Part shown: one piece after another, positions 50,123 through 59,607 of the stretch
How the letters are laid out: every line of letters begins with the position of its first letter
Position numbering within the stretch: position 1 is the stretch's first letter
Origin: an uncultured delta proteobacterium
Lineage (GTDB): Bacteria; Desulfobacterota; Desulfobacteria; Desulfobacterales; QNYZ01
Direction: 5' to 3'
DNA length: 64,000 bases
NCBI GenBank assembly: GCA_963845145.1
Contig: CAWJQU010000004.1
Coordinates: 416,001 to 480,000, forward strand
Translations under genes and position numbers: made by a program
Notes under the pieces: generated by a model
The model's input: only the letters and a program-made list of their open reading frames with translations
Databases searched by the model: none
Told to the model about the DNA's origin: nothing

Positions 50123-51148
50123 TCAGGCTTCTTTCTTCTTCCCCCAAATGAGGTGCCACCATCGACCGACAATAAATCCACAGACACCACCGGCGGAAAG
50201 CAGTAGCATGTTCCAGACATCCCCCATGGATTCAGTGTCTATAAAGGGATCTCGGGGAGGACGCCCCGCGGCCTCGGCCATTTTTTCATTGACCGCTTCA
50301 TCCATACCGGAAAAATTAGCAGCAGGCTGAGCTTGCTCAACGGATGCGCTCACATCCGCACTTGGCACCTGTTTTTGTTTGTCAGATGAATATCCCGTGG
50401 CCGGGGCGGAGATAATTCCAGCTGATAATAGTGGAATCAGGATAACAACCAGCGGATGGCGAACATGGTCTCTCTTGGGCTGGCGTATGATTTTTAAATC
50501 CACCAGAACTTCGGGGCGTTGGTTATATGCGTATTGAAGCGCCATTCCCGTTATCAGCATTTCACCGACTGCAATGGGAAGCTGGGTTGGAAGATAGGCG
50601 GCATAAATCGCGCCCAGATAGCCGATAAGGCTGTATTGGGGTGTGGGTGCATGAGCTAGGGTGGTGCCGAGAATCAATCCCGAAGCCACATATACCATGG
50701 CATCGCCCACCAACCCACCGGCAAAGCCGGCTGCCCACAAAGGCAACCCTAACCTGCGAGAAATTCTGAACGTCCCCCAACCAAACATACACCCAAAAAA
50801 ACCCAAGGCCACGACATTGGCGCCCCAGGTACCAAAACCGCCGTGGGCAAAAAAAGCGGCTTGGAGTAGCAAGCTGACACCCGTCAAGGCGATTCCAATC
50901 CAGGGACCTAGCAAAATGGCCACCATGGGCGTACCGCAGGGATGTGAGCAAGTACCTGTAAAAGCCGGAATGGGGATTAAAGAGATGAAAAAAATTAAGG
51001 CCCCGCCCATTCCCAAAAGCGGCTTTTTTTCGGGAAATTCATGCACAAATTTTTTCATCCTGGCGGCTCCCAGACCCACTAGGGCCACGCCTGCGCCGGT
51101 GTACAATACGGCTGAGCTGCCGGTAATGATGCCTTCGGTAATGTGCAA
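50123..51148 (-). CDS. cbiM: Cobalt ECF substrate component CbiM with a CbiN-like C-terminal extension
   Basis: MHITEG N-terminus, GTCSHP, AHGG. Confidence 0.9.
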   Translation of the reverse strand: MHITEGIITGSSAVLYTGAGVALVGLGAARMKKFVHEFPEKKPLLGMGGALIFFISLIPIPAFTGTCSHPCGTPMVAILLGPWIGIALTGVSLLLQAAFFAHGGFGTWGANVVALGFFGCMFGWGTFRISRRLGLPLWAAGFAGGLVGDAMVYVASGLILGTTLAHAPTPQYSLIGYLGAIYAAYLPTQLPIAVGEMLITGMALQYAYNQRPEVLVDLKIIRQPKRDHVRHPLVVILIPLLSAGIISAPATGYSSDKQKQVPSADVSASVEQAQPAANFSGMDEAVNEKMAEAAGRPPRDPFIDTESMGDVWNMLLLSAGGVCGFIVGRWWHLIWGKKKEA

Positions 51149-51389
51149 AATGCCTCCTTAATGCGCGGTTGCGATTCAGGTTGAGAGTAGTTCTTAAAGG
51201 GAGGGTAAACCGTATTCATAATATAAACTGCAGATACTTTTCTCTTTGTCAACTAAAAAAAACAGCGTGCATTCAAAGAGCAGTAAAAAAATGCGGGGAC
51301 ATTTTAGAGAGTCAGTATTTGCCGTCACTCAAATTATTTTAGGATTTTAAGCGATTATTATTCGGTTTTTAGAAAATAAAATAATGGGA

Positions 51390-51860
51390 TTATTCGGTGA
51401 TAACAAGGCGGATTTCTTTTTCGTCGATATTGTCGGCCTGGGCGCCCCCGCAGCTCGATTTGGTAATTAAATTGACTCTGATCCGAAGCCGGTAGGTGCC
51501 GGGTGCCGGGCACCATACCGTGATATCGTGATCTCCAGGTAATACTTTGGGCGCCTTGTCTTTCGGTTTTTGAAGAACATCCGCGACGATAGAGTAGAAC
51601 AGCCCGGCCGGGGGTGGGTAAGGTGACAGGTCCAGAAGAATTTGAACCGGCTTGCCCACTCGACCGGAGATTATGGACTGGCCAATGTGAACACTGTAGG
51701 CCGGGGTGGACTGCAGATTTGTTTTATTCTTGGCGGTAGTATCGGTTATCTCTGACCCGGAGGCGAGCGGAGCGTTTACCGAAACAATGACTACCAGTAT
51801 AAACCAAGCGACCCGTGTTATTGGAAAGTTATTCGGCAAGAATTTCGGGATTTTATTCAT
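51390..51860 (-). CDS. Exported hypothetical protein
   Basis: Signal-like N-terminus; KSSCGG motif. Confidence 0.55.
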   Translation of the reverse strand: MNKIPKFLPNNFPITRVAWFILVVIVSVNAPLASGSEITDTTAKNKTNLQSTPAYSVHIGQSIISGRVGKPVQILLDLSPYPPPAGLFYSIVADVLQKPKDKAPKVLPGDHDITVWCPAPGTYRLRIRVNLITKSSCGGAQADNIDEKEIRLVITE

Positions 51861-52073
51861 TTCTGCTGCTTTCCATATAAATGGCGCCGTGAAGGGTGCG
51901 CGACTTGACGATTCGGATTATAGTCAATATCATGGTTACATATAAGGGTATTGTCAACACACGCCTCATGTAGATCCGGTAAGATTTCAACTTCTCCCCT
52001 TGCTATTTATTTGGGGCACCATTTGTCGGCCAATGACCGATATGGCCGTAATTTCAAAGAAAAGAGTCGAATC

Positions 52074-53774
52074 ATGGCCAACGATCTCATTCGCACGCTG
52101 CCGAACTATGTGGAATCGTTTCTGACCAAGTGGTCCGAAGGAATGGATAAAGCCGGTTATCTCAAATACACCACGGCCAAGCGGGAGGACTGCATTGAAT
52201 CTTTCAAATACTTCCTCGTTCCGCTCATTCGTCAGATCGAGTCCAAAGGTGGGATCCAAACCTTTGGTAACCTGCTGCAATCGGATGCCGACTGGATCGA
52301 TCCATTTTTTCAGGTCGCCAAGCGTCATCGCTTTCGAGGGGTGACTTTCGAGTTGTTCTTCGGGTGCTTCAAGACATTGGTACATGCCTTTGAAGAGATC
52401 ATCATGGAAATGGAGGCCTTAGCCGATGAAAAGTTAGACGCCGTCAATATCATTCGCCGCTGGGGGGATGTGCTGGAAACCCTGCTGGTGGGAGATTGGG
52501 AGGCCATGTCCCAACCGGAGGCGTTGGTAAAACTGACCGACCACAATCGCTTGTTGACGTTGGAGAAGAACAAGTACGAAAATATCTTCACCGCCACATC
52601 CGATATCGTCATGATTACCGATGACAACGGGATCGTTCTGGAGGCCAACACCGCCGCGTCCCAGTCCCTGGGGCGTCGTCATATTCTGGGTAAATTCTTC
52701 TGGGATGTATTGGCTATCGAAGGTAGAGATATCGATGAAGTCCTTCACTATTACAGCCTGTCCGAAACACATGAAATCACATTGTTTGATGAGTCGGTAT
52801 TTTTTAATCTGAAAATAATCCCCTTGGAAACGGTCAGCCTGGCGACCAAAGGATACATGGTATTATTGACCAATGTCAGTTGTTTCGTCGGCCAGAGGGA
52901 ATCGTTGGAAAAAACAGTCAACGAACGAACAGAAGCTCTGGTCAGTACCGAAAAGCAGTACTTGTCCTTGTTTCAGGCGGCCGGGGGTAGCATCCTTTTG
53001 ATCGATACCGATTTTAAGGTGATCGAAGCCAACCGTCGCACTGGTCAGGTTTTCGGCATTCAACCCAATAATCTACCCGGATTAAACTGTAATTCTTTAT
53101 GCCAGCCGGGGGGTGCACTAACACTGGAAAAAGCCATTCGCAATCTGGATGAAGATAAGGTCTGGGAGGGTGAGATGCAGGGCCGGCGTGATTCGGGGGA
53201 GCTTTTTCCCATGGCGGTGACCATTAATCGTGTGGAAACCCCTGTGCGTACCGTATTCCATGTTCTTGTACGGGATGTTACCCAACAAAAAAACCTTGAA
53301 CGGAACCTGCGACGGGAGAAGTCGCAACTGGAAGAGATGAATATTACCCTTAGAAACGTCATGAAGAGTATTGATACGGAGAGTCAGGAACTCCAAAATG
53401 CCGTCTCCAAAAAGGTCAAGGATCTCATTTTGCCCGCCTTGGATAAAGTTCGCAAAGAGCCTTCGCAACTGGTGCGCAAGGGCTATGTCGATATCATCGA
53501 AGATCAATTGATCAAATTATCTGTTGCCACCGGCGCCGAGAATGATGCCTATCTGCTTAAGCTGACCCCTACTGAAATGAAAATTTGTCAGTTCGTCCAG
53601 GCCGGCAGCAGCACTAAAGAGATCGCCGATGCCATGAATATTTCCGTTGAAACCATCCAGACCCACCGCAAGAACATTCGCAAAAAGCTCGGGTTGCGCG
53701 GCCGACAGGTCAATCTTTACACATACCTCAATAGTCCCGGGGCTGAGTCCAGCCAGATGTCCGCCCAAGTTTAA
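52074..53774 (+). CDS. Multi-PAS LuxR HTH transcriptional regulator
   Basis: Two PAS domains and LTPTEMKIC...THRKNIRKKLGL; start chosen at ATG 52074. Confidence 0.88.
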   Translation: MANDLIRTLPNYVESFLTKWSEGMDKAGYLKYTTAKREDCIESFKYFLVPLIRQIESKGGIQTFGNLLQSDADWIDPFFQVAKRHRFRGVTFELFFGCFKTLVHAFEEIIMEMEALADEKLDAVNIIRRWGDVLETLLVGDWEAMSQPEALVKLTDHNRLLTLEKNKYENIFTATSDIVMITDDNGIVLEANTAASQSLGRRHILGKFFWDVLAIEGRDIDEVLHYYSLSETHEITLFDESVFFNLKIIPLETVSLATKGYMVLLTNVSCFVGQRESLEKTVNERTEALVSTEKQYLSLFQAAGGSILLIDTDFKVIEANRRTGQVFGIQPNNLPGLNCNSLCQPGGALTLEKAIRNLDEDKVWEGEMQGRRDSGELFPMAVTINRVETPVRTVFHVLVRDVTQQKNLERNLRREKSQLEEMNITLRNVMKSIDTESQELQNAVSKKVKDLILPALDKVRKEPSQLVRKGYVDIIEDQLIKLSVATGAENDAYLLKLTPTEMKICQFVQAGSSTKEIADAMNISVETIQTHRKNIRKKLGLRGRQVNLYTYLNSPGAESSQMSAQV

Positions 53775-53837
53775 TCGATCAGGTTTAATCGATCAAGTTT
53801 AACGGGTCAGGTTTAACAGATCAAGTTTAACGGATCC
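53769..53837. repeat. 14-bp tandem repeat GTTTAAYNGRTCAR x5
   Basis: Directly visible across and after the regulator stop codon. Confidence 0.75.
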
Positions 53838-54019
53838 GGCATAAAAGATCACGTTTAACCGACCCCTTACCTTCCCCATTTCCCTTTGAACTTAGCTTGA
53901 AAGATGCAGATCAATTCTGCTTTTATCCCAAAATAGGTATGTTTCTATACCCATTAATTCCCTGATACATGCCCTTGATATCGCCAACGCTTTACCTCTA
54001 TTTTACCATTACGACATCG

Positions 54020-54161
54020 GAGCCAGTTTCAAAACGTCCCATTTTGTCCAATCTCTGCGTCAGGCTCAAATTTTAATCCTCGAAATACCCAATGTATTCC
54101 TGCGGTTAAAATTTTCGCCTTCCTTGACCTTGAACAAACTGAAACGTTTTGAAATTGGCTC
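54020..54161. repeat. Long palindromic MITE-like element
   Basis: GAGCCAGTTTCAAAACGT...ACGTTTTGAAATTGGCTC terminal inverted repeats. Confidence 0.75.
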
Positions 54162-54193
54162 ATCGAGCCTAAGTTTCTGCACACTCATTTCGA

Positions 54194-54823
54194 TTGAGCA
54201 GGCTGATGGTTTCATTAAGTCTTGGCTCTGGAGGTAACCCCTTGGAAAATGCCCGTGACCCCATTTTGACCATAACGGCCATACGCGATTTTTTTGTGGC
54301 CCGCAATGCATCGGATTTGGAGAAATCATATCTATCCCTTGCCATGGGATCCCCGCGTATGGCGTTCGACAGTGAAGATTGGGGCGCGGTGGAGTTCGCT
54401 TTTAACCGTCTTTTTGTGGGGCCGGGTCCTGTGGTCGCACCACCCTATGCTTCGGTTTATATTGACAATGAACCCTTTGTAATGGGTGAAACAACCCTGA
54501 AAATCCGACAACTCTATGAAATGATCGGCTTGATTTCGCCCTGGAAGGAAACCGTTCCGGACGATCACATCGCATTGGAACTTGATGCTTGCCTCCACAT
54601 GCATCAGGGGATTTTAAAAAGTCATGCGTCCCAGCTTGACGCTTTGTATGACTATTTCCTGTCTGAACATATGTCCCGATGGGTACCCAAATTTGTCGAT
54701 AAAGTCAGCCAGGCAGATAGGACGCCCGAAACGATACTCTGGATCTGTCGGCAATTGTCGCAATGGTTGACAATGACGAGCGGCAACGTTTCAGGGCTGT
54801 CGGGACGGGACCGCAATCCTTAA
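54194..54823 (+). CDS. TorD/DmsD-family molybdoenzyme chaperone
   Basis: FNRLFVGP, APPYASVY, PDDHIALEL, HMSRW. Confidence 0.88.
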   Translation: MSRLMVSLSLGSGGNPLENARDPILTITAIRDFFVARNASDLEKSYLSLAMGSPRMAFDSEDWGAVEFAFNRLFVGPGPVVAPPYASVYIDNEPFVMGETTLKIRQLYEMIGLISPWKETVPDDHIALELDACLHMHQGILKSHASQLDALYDYFLSEHMSRWVPKFVDKVSQADRTPETILWICRQLSQWLTMTSGNVSGLSGRDRNP

Positions 54824-54846
54824 AACCAAGAAAGGAGATTTAAGTT

Positions 54847-57135
54847 ATGGAAAAATGGAGCCGAAAAGAGGTGGAGCAGGCGTTGGCCTCTCCTTTGACC
54901 AGGCGCCAGTTCCTCAGAGGCCTCATGGCGGCAGGGGCCTTGACCGCCTTTCCCGGTGGCTTGATGCAGGCGGTTGCCGCACCCTTTGATATTGCCAACG
55001 ATGAAGTTACCTTTGGGGGACCCTACGAAACATTTAGAAATGCTTGTCCCCGCAATTGTTACGACACTTGCAGTATCAAAACCTTTGTCAAGGATGGTGT
55101 GATCCATTTCACCGAGGGCGCACAGGAATCCACATTTACCAACGGCGGAACCTGCGTCAAGGGAAACAGCTATTGGCGTCAGGTTTACAGCCCGGACCGT
55201 ATCAAATACCCCATGCGCCAGGAAGGAAGGGGGTCGGGCAACTGGAAACGCATTTCCTGGGACGAAGCCCTGGATGAGATCGCCAAAAAAATTCTCGAGA
55301 TCAAGGAAAAGGACGGATCCTTGTTAGGCATGGGACTAACCAAATACTCAGGGAATTTTGGCATCACCAATTACGGTGTGGAAGGCATGATGTCCTCTTT
55401 GGGGTATACCACCCGCTTTGTGGGGACCCCGTGTTGGCCGGCGGGTATTGACGCCCAAAATTACGACATGGGCAACATGTGGTGCAACGACCCCGAAGAT
55501 ATGGTCGACAGTCGCTACATTATAGTCTGGGGGGCCAATCCGGCCTGGTGCTCGGTCCATTCCATGAAGTATCTGTATGAGGCTCAGGATCGGGGTGCCA
55601 AGGTGCTGGTAATCGATCCGGTTTTTACCCAGACGGCTGCCAAGGGAGATGAGTACTGGCAAGTCAAAACCGGTGAAGATGGTGCATTGGCATTAGGTAT
55701 GGCACGTCATGTTTTGGATAAAGGCATGGTGGACACCGATTTTGTCAACACCTATTCTCACGGATTCAGCGAATTTGCTGATTACCTCAAAAAAGAGATC
55801 ACTCTTGAATGGGCGGCCGAAAAGACCGGGATTCCTGCGGATCAAATCGCCGGGGCGGCCGAGGCGTTTGCCAGCCATAAGCCTGCCACCATCTGGATCG
55901 GCTACGGCCTGCAGCGTCACGTCAATGGCGGTGTTACGGTTCGGGCCATCGACGCCCTGGTCGCCATGACCGGTAATGTGGGCAAGGAGGGCGGTGGGGC
56001 GCGTTATGGCCATCTTTCTACCTGGGGGTTCAACTATCACGCTCTGGTGCAGAAACAGCCGGAAGGTTCTGTGGGTTTTACGGGCAAGACAGGGCCCAAG
56101 GGTGAGTTTGATCAAGGGAAGTCAGAAGAGGCTTCTTACTCCGACCGCACCGTGAACATCAACCAGACCGCCCGGGCAATATTAGATACCAACGACCCAC
56201 CCGTGCGGCTATTATGGGTGTCCTGCAAAAATCCGTTTAGCCAGGATTTTGACTTAAACAAGATGAAAAAAGCCTTTGAAAAACTCGAAATGGTCGTGGT
56301 CGTGGATAAATTTTTCACCCAAACCGTGGAGCAGGCCGATATCGTTTTGCCGGTGACCACGTTGTTTGAGGAGTGGACGGTCAACGTCTCCTACTGGCAT
56401 TATTGGCTTAGCCTAAACGAGCAGGCCATCAAGCCAATGTACGAATCCAAGTCCAACATCGAGATTGCTTCGGCACTTTCTAAAAAGATCAACCAACTGG
56501 CTCCCGGAGCCTGTACCTTTCCAGAGGACATAGACACCAAGGAGTGGATGGCCAAGGAGTTTAACAAAGGAATTTACGACCTTTTCGGTATCGACTCCTG
56601 GGAGGACCTGCGAAACGGACCGAAAAAAGCCAAACTGGCCTCTTCGGCATCCTGGAGCGATCTCACCTTTTCGACACCATCGAAAAAGTACGAATTTCTA
56701 TCTGAACTGGCCGCCGAGCATGGCCACGAAGCACTACCCAAATACAAATCCAACCGTAAATCTTCCGGCCCGTTTAGGTTGCTGACACCCCATTCAAAGT
56801 TCAATATTCACTCCCAGTTCCAGCATATTGACTACATGGAAGATTTCAGCCCGGAACCGTTCGTCTATATCCACCCGACGGCGGCGGCTAAAAAGAATAT
56901 TGATGACGGCGACTGGGTAAAAGTTACCAATAAAGTGGGAGAGGTAAAAGTCAAGGCCAAGTTGACCGATAATGTGCCCCGGGACGCACTTTTGATGTAC
57001 GAAGCCTGGTTCAATAAAAGCAGTTATAATGTACAGAACCTGGTAGATGACACATCGGCGGATATGGGGCTTTATAAAACCGGCGCACCTGGTGTGGCCA
57101 TTCACGATCAATTTGCCGATGTGGCGAAAGTATAA
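54847..57135 (+). CDS. Tat-exported molybdopterin oxidoreductase catalytic subunit (DMSO reductase family)
   Basis: TRRQFL Tat motif, CPRNCYDTC...C FS0 cluster, WGANP, ADIVLP, MGD-binding C-terminal domain. Confidence 0.92.
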   Translation: MEKWSRKEVEQALASPLTRRQFLRGLMAAGALTAFPGGLMQAVAAPFDIANDEVTFGGPYETFRNACPRNCYDTCSIKTFVKDGVIHFTEGAQESTFTNGGTCVKGNSYWRQVYSPDRIKYPMRQEGRGSGNWKRISWDEALDEIAKKILEIKEKDGSLLGMGLTKYSGNFGITNYGVEGMMSSLGYTTRFVGTPCWPAGIDAQNYDMGNMWCNDPEDMVDSRYIIVWGANPAWCSVHSMKYLYEAQDRGAKVLVIDPVFTQTAAKGDEYWQVKTGEDGALALGMARHVLDKGMVDTDFVNTYSHGFSEFADYLKKEITLEWAAEKTGIPADQIAGAAEAFASHKPATIWIGYGLQRHVNGGVTVRAIDALVAMTGNVGKEGGGARYGHLSTWGFNYHALVQKQPEGSVGFTGKTGPKGEFDQGKSEEASYSDRTVNINQTARAILDTNDPPVRLLWVSCKNPFSQDFDLNKMKKAFEKLEMVVVVDKFFTQTVEQADIVLPVTTLFEEWTVNVSYWHYWLSLNEQAIKPMYESKSNIEIASALSKKINQLAPGACTFPEDIDTKEWMAKEFNKGIYDLFGIDSWEDLRNGPKKAKLASSASWSDLTFSTPSKKYEFLSELAAEHGHEALPKYKSNRKSSGPFRLLTPHSKFNIHSQFQHIDYMEDFSPEPFVYIHPTAAAKKNIDDGDWVKVTNKVGEVKVKAKLTDNVPRDALLMYEAWFNKSSYNVQNLVDDTSADMGLYKTGAPGVAIHDQFADVAKV

Positions 57136-57183
57136 GGCCCAATTTAAGTCTGGGTTTAAGCCTAAGGTTAAGGAGGTTTAGCG

Positions 57184-57738
57184 ATGAAAAAACAGATGGC
57201 GTTTTTAGTGGATGTCAAACGCTGCATCGGCTGTTTTTCTTGTGCCATGGCGTGCAAGAATCAATACCACCAGCCAAAAGGAGTGGTGTGGCGTAAAGTC
57301 TATCCTTTGAGTGAGGATATCTATCCCCACAAAGAACGGGCGTTTCTCTCTTTGGCGTGTAACCACTGTGAAAATCCGACTTGCCTGGAAGTGTGCCCGG
57401 TGGTGGCTTACTACAAGCGGGATGATGATGGTGTGGTGGTCCACGAGCAGGAAAAGTGCATTGGTTGCGGCAATTGTATCCGATCCTGTCCTTACGGTGC
57501 ACCCGTCTATAATCCCAATTTGAAAAAAGCCGAAAAGTGTAGTTTGTGCTGGCAGCGGCTGGATGCCGATCTTAAGCCCGCCTGCGTGCAGAGCTGCCCG
57601 GTGGATGCGTTGGTCCTGGTTGATCTGGCCGAATTGGATGAGCCGGATATCGTACAATATACGGCCGGTTTTCCCAAATTTCCACGAAGCTCAATCCTTC
57701 CGTCCGCTTTCGTCCCCCCCGTCAACCTTTGGAAATAA
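57184..57738 (+). CDS. 4Fe-4S subunit (DmsB-like); possible frameshift near the 3' end
   Basis: Four Cys clusters: CIGCFSC, CNHC..C, CIGCGNC, CSLC..C. Confidence 0.92.
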   Translation: MKKQMAFLVDVKRCIGCFSCAMACKNQYHQPKGVVWRKVYPLSEDIYPHKERAFLSLACNHCENPTCLEVCPVVAYYKRDDDGVVVHEQEKCIGCGNCIRSCPYGAPVYNPNLKKAEKCSLCWQRLDADLKPACVQSCPVDALVLVDLAELDEPDIVQYTAGFPKFPRSSILPSAFVPPVNLWK

Positions 57739-57749
57739 GGAGGTAACCG

Positions 57750-58559
57750 ATGAACGATATGGAGCTATCCCTGGTTATTTTTACGGTCCTCAGTCAGGTC
57801 TCGGTTGGGTTGGCGATGATGCTGGCGTTGCGTCAATGGAATACGGCCCAAGGCCCGGATCAATCCTCGGTTCGTACGGAATGGCTGGTCGTGGGCATCG
57901 TCCTTGCCCTTGGCTTGTTGGCCAGTACGTTTCATTTGGGTCATCCCGGTGGAAGCCCCCGGGCCATTTTGCACTTGAGCAATTCATGGCTTTCCCGTGA
58001 GGTGCTGGCCTTCATCGTTTACGGCTTGCTGGTAGTCATTGGGCTGTTGGCCCTTTTTAAAGCGGGTGCCGGTGGCAGGGGCGTTATCAAAATAGCCGCC
58101 GCCATCGGTTTGATCGCATTGGCGGTTTCCGGTATGGTCTATGCCCCGCCGAGCTTTCCAGCCTTGAACAATGGCGTGCCGGTTCTGTTTTATATCCTGA
58201 CAGCCTTTATTCTCGGTTCGGCCTTCTCTTCCTACTTTGCAGGCGAGGGGCATCAACCGCTTCTGGCGCGTATTCTGATGATCAGCCTCGTGGTAGGCCT
58301 GGTGGTCAATTTGATACTACCTTCCATCTGGCTTTCCGGAGGTAACGCCATGCGGTTAACCGGTGCGGCCTATTTTGGATCATCCCTCTACTGGGTGCGC
58401 CTGATCCTTGAATTCGGTATCGGTTTAGCCGTTGTCGTCAAGGCCGGACGGATTCCGGTGTGGCTGCCCCTGATTCTTCTTATCGGTGAGATTATCGGTA
58501 GAATTCTATTTTTTAGCCATGTGGTCCACACTGCGTCAACCATCGGTGGGCTTTCATAA
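57750..58559 (+). CDS. DmsC-like membrane anchor
   Basis: ELSLVIFTVLSQ, STFHLGHP, SWLSRE, EIIGRILFF. Confidence 0.9.
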   Translation: MNDMELSLVIFTVLSQVSVGLAMMLALRQWNTAQGPDQSSVRTEWLVVGIVLALGLLASTFHLGHPGGSPRAILHLSNSWLSREVLAFIVYGLLVVIGLLALFKAGAGGRGVIKIAAAIGLIALAVSGMVYAPPSFPALNNGVPVLFYILTAFILGSAFSSYFAGEGHQPLLARILMISLVVGLVVNLILPSIWLSGGNAMRLTGAAYFGSSLYWVRLILEFGIGLAVVVKAGRIPVWLPLILLIGEIIGRILFFSHVVHTASTIGGLS

Positions 58560-58597
58560 AAAATAACCGGCCGTCGCGAGGCGGCCGGTTATTTTTT
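58558..58597. terminator. Intrinsic (bidirectional) terminator
   Basis: AAAATAACCGGCCG-TCGCGAGG-CGGCCGGTTATTTTTT. Confidence 0.85.
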
Positions 58598-58941
58598 CTA
58601 AAATCGAATAAACATGATCCGTTACCATTTGGCACCGAAAATGGGTTCTGATTTTTAAAGACCAGATTATTTTTTAGCTTGCCTAAATTGCAAAATGGGT
58701 TCATTTCGATCGAAATATTGTGTGATGAAAGGCGCTTATCGCGACCCTTTTTCCTAAGGGTGGGTGCAAAGCCAAACAACGTTTTCAATGATGCGATCAT
58801 CCCCGATTGACGATTCCGGTATCTATGCCTACCTTAATACCTTATTTTATATGAACTAGTGCCTTAAAAGGCTGGGTAAATGCGATCGTATGGGTAGAAG
58901 CGAATATTTGATTAACCCGAATATTAAAAGATACCGAGATT

Positions 58942-59607
58942 ATGGTCAAAGCCAAACGAAAACCTATTGGTGAACTCAAAGAGACGCTACAACCGTACAA
59001 ACGAATTCTCAATATCGGTTGTGGCGGCTGCGTATCGGTATGTCTGGCCGGTGGACAAAAAGAAGTGAATGTATTGAATGCGGAGCTGGCAACCGTATTC
59101 AACGACAAAAAAAAGATTTCGGGCCTAACCATCGAACGGCAATGCAATCCACGCTACGTGACTGAAATCAAAGAAGTGATAAAAGACTACGATTGCCTGC
59201 TCTCCATGGCCTGCGGTGCCGGGGTTCAGTTTTTAGCGGAATTTTATCCCGACATCCCCATTTTTCCGGCGGTAAACACCCTCGCTATCGGAATTGACCG
59301 GGAAGTCGGCGTGTACGAAGAGAGATGCCGGGCCTGCGGCGACTGCATCATCGGATTAACGGGCGGCGTTTGCCCCATCACCATGTGTGCCAAGGGTCTA
59401 TTCCATGGGCCTTGCGGCGGCGTAAAAGACGGGCAATGCGAGATCAGCGACGACATTCCGTGTGCCTGGATGGCAGTCTATGAGCGGTTGAAGGCGCAGA
59501 ATAGGCTGGACTGTATCGATAAAATCAGGGAGCCTTCCCATTGGATTAATCAATATCCGCGTACGATTATTCAAGAGGGGTATGCCAAAAAGGGTCCCCC
59601 TAAATGA
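58942..59607 (+). CDS. metV: Methylenetetrahydrofolate reductase C-terminal-domain Fe-S/Zn subunit (MetV-like)
   Basis: GCGGC, ERQC, MACGAGVQ, CRACGDC...CP...CAKGLFHGPCGG...CAW. Confidence 0.85.
   Translation: MVKAKRKPIGELKETLQPYKRILNIGCGGCVSVCLAGGQKEVNVLNAELATVFNDKKKISGLTIERQCNPRYVTEIKEVIKDYDCLLSMACGAGVQFLAEFYPDIPIFPAVNTLAIGIDREVGVYEERCRACGDCIIGLTGGVCPITMCAKGLFHGPCGGVKDGQCEISDDIPCAWMAVYERLKAQNRLDCIDKIREPSHWINQYPRTIIQEGYAKKGPPK

Noticed and set aside
51150..51385. Cobalamin riboswitch or NikR site upstream of cbiM
   Set aside because: No B12-box recognised; the GTAT-N18-ATAC spacing does not match the NikR site I know; needs Infernal
53769..53862. CRISPR array
   Set aside because: Units are 14 bp and abut with no unique spacers; no cas genes in the window
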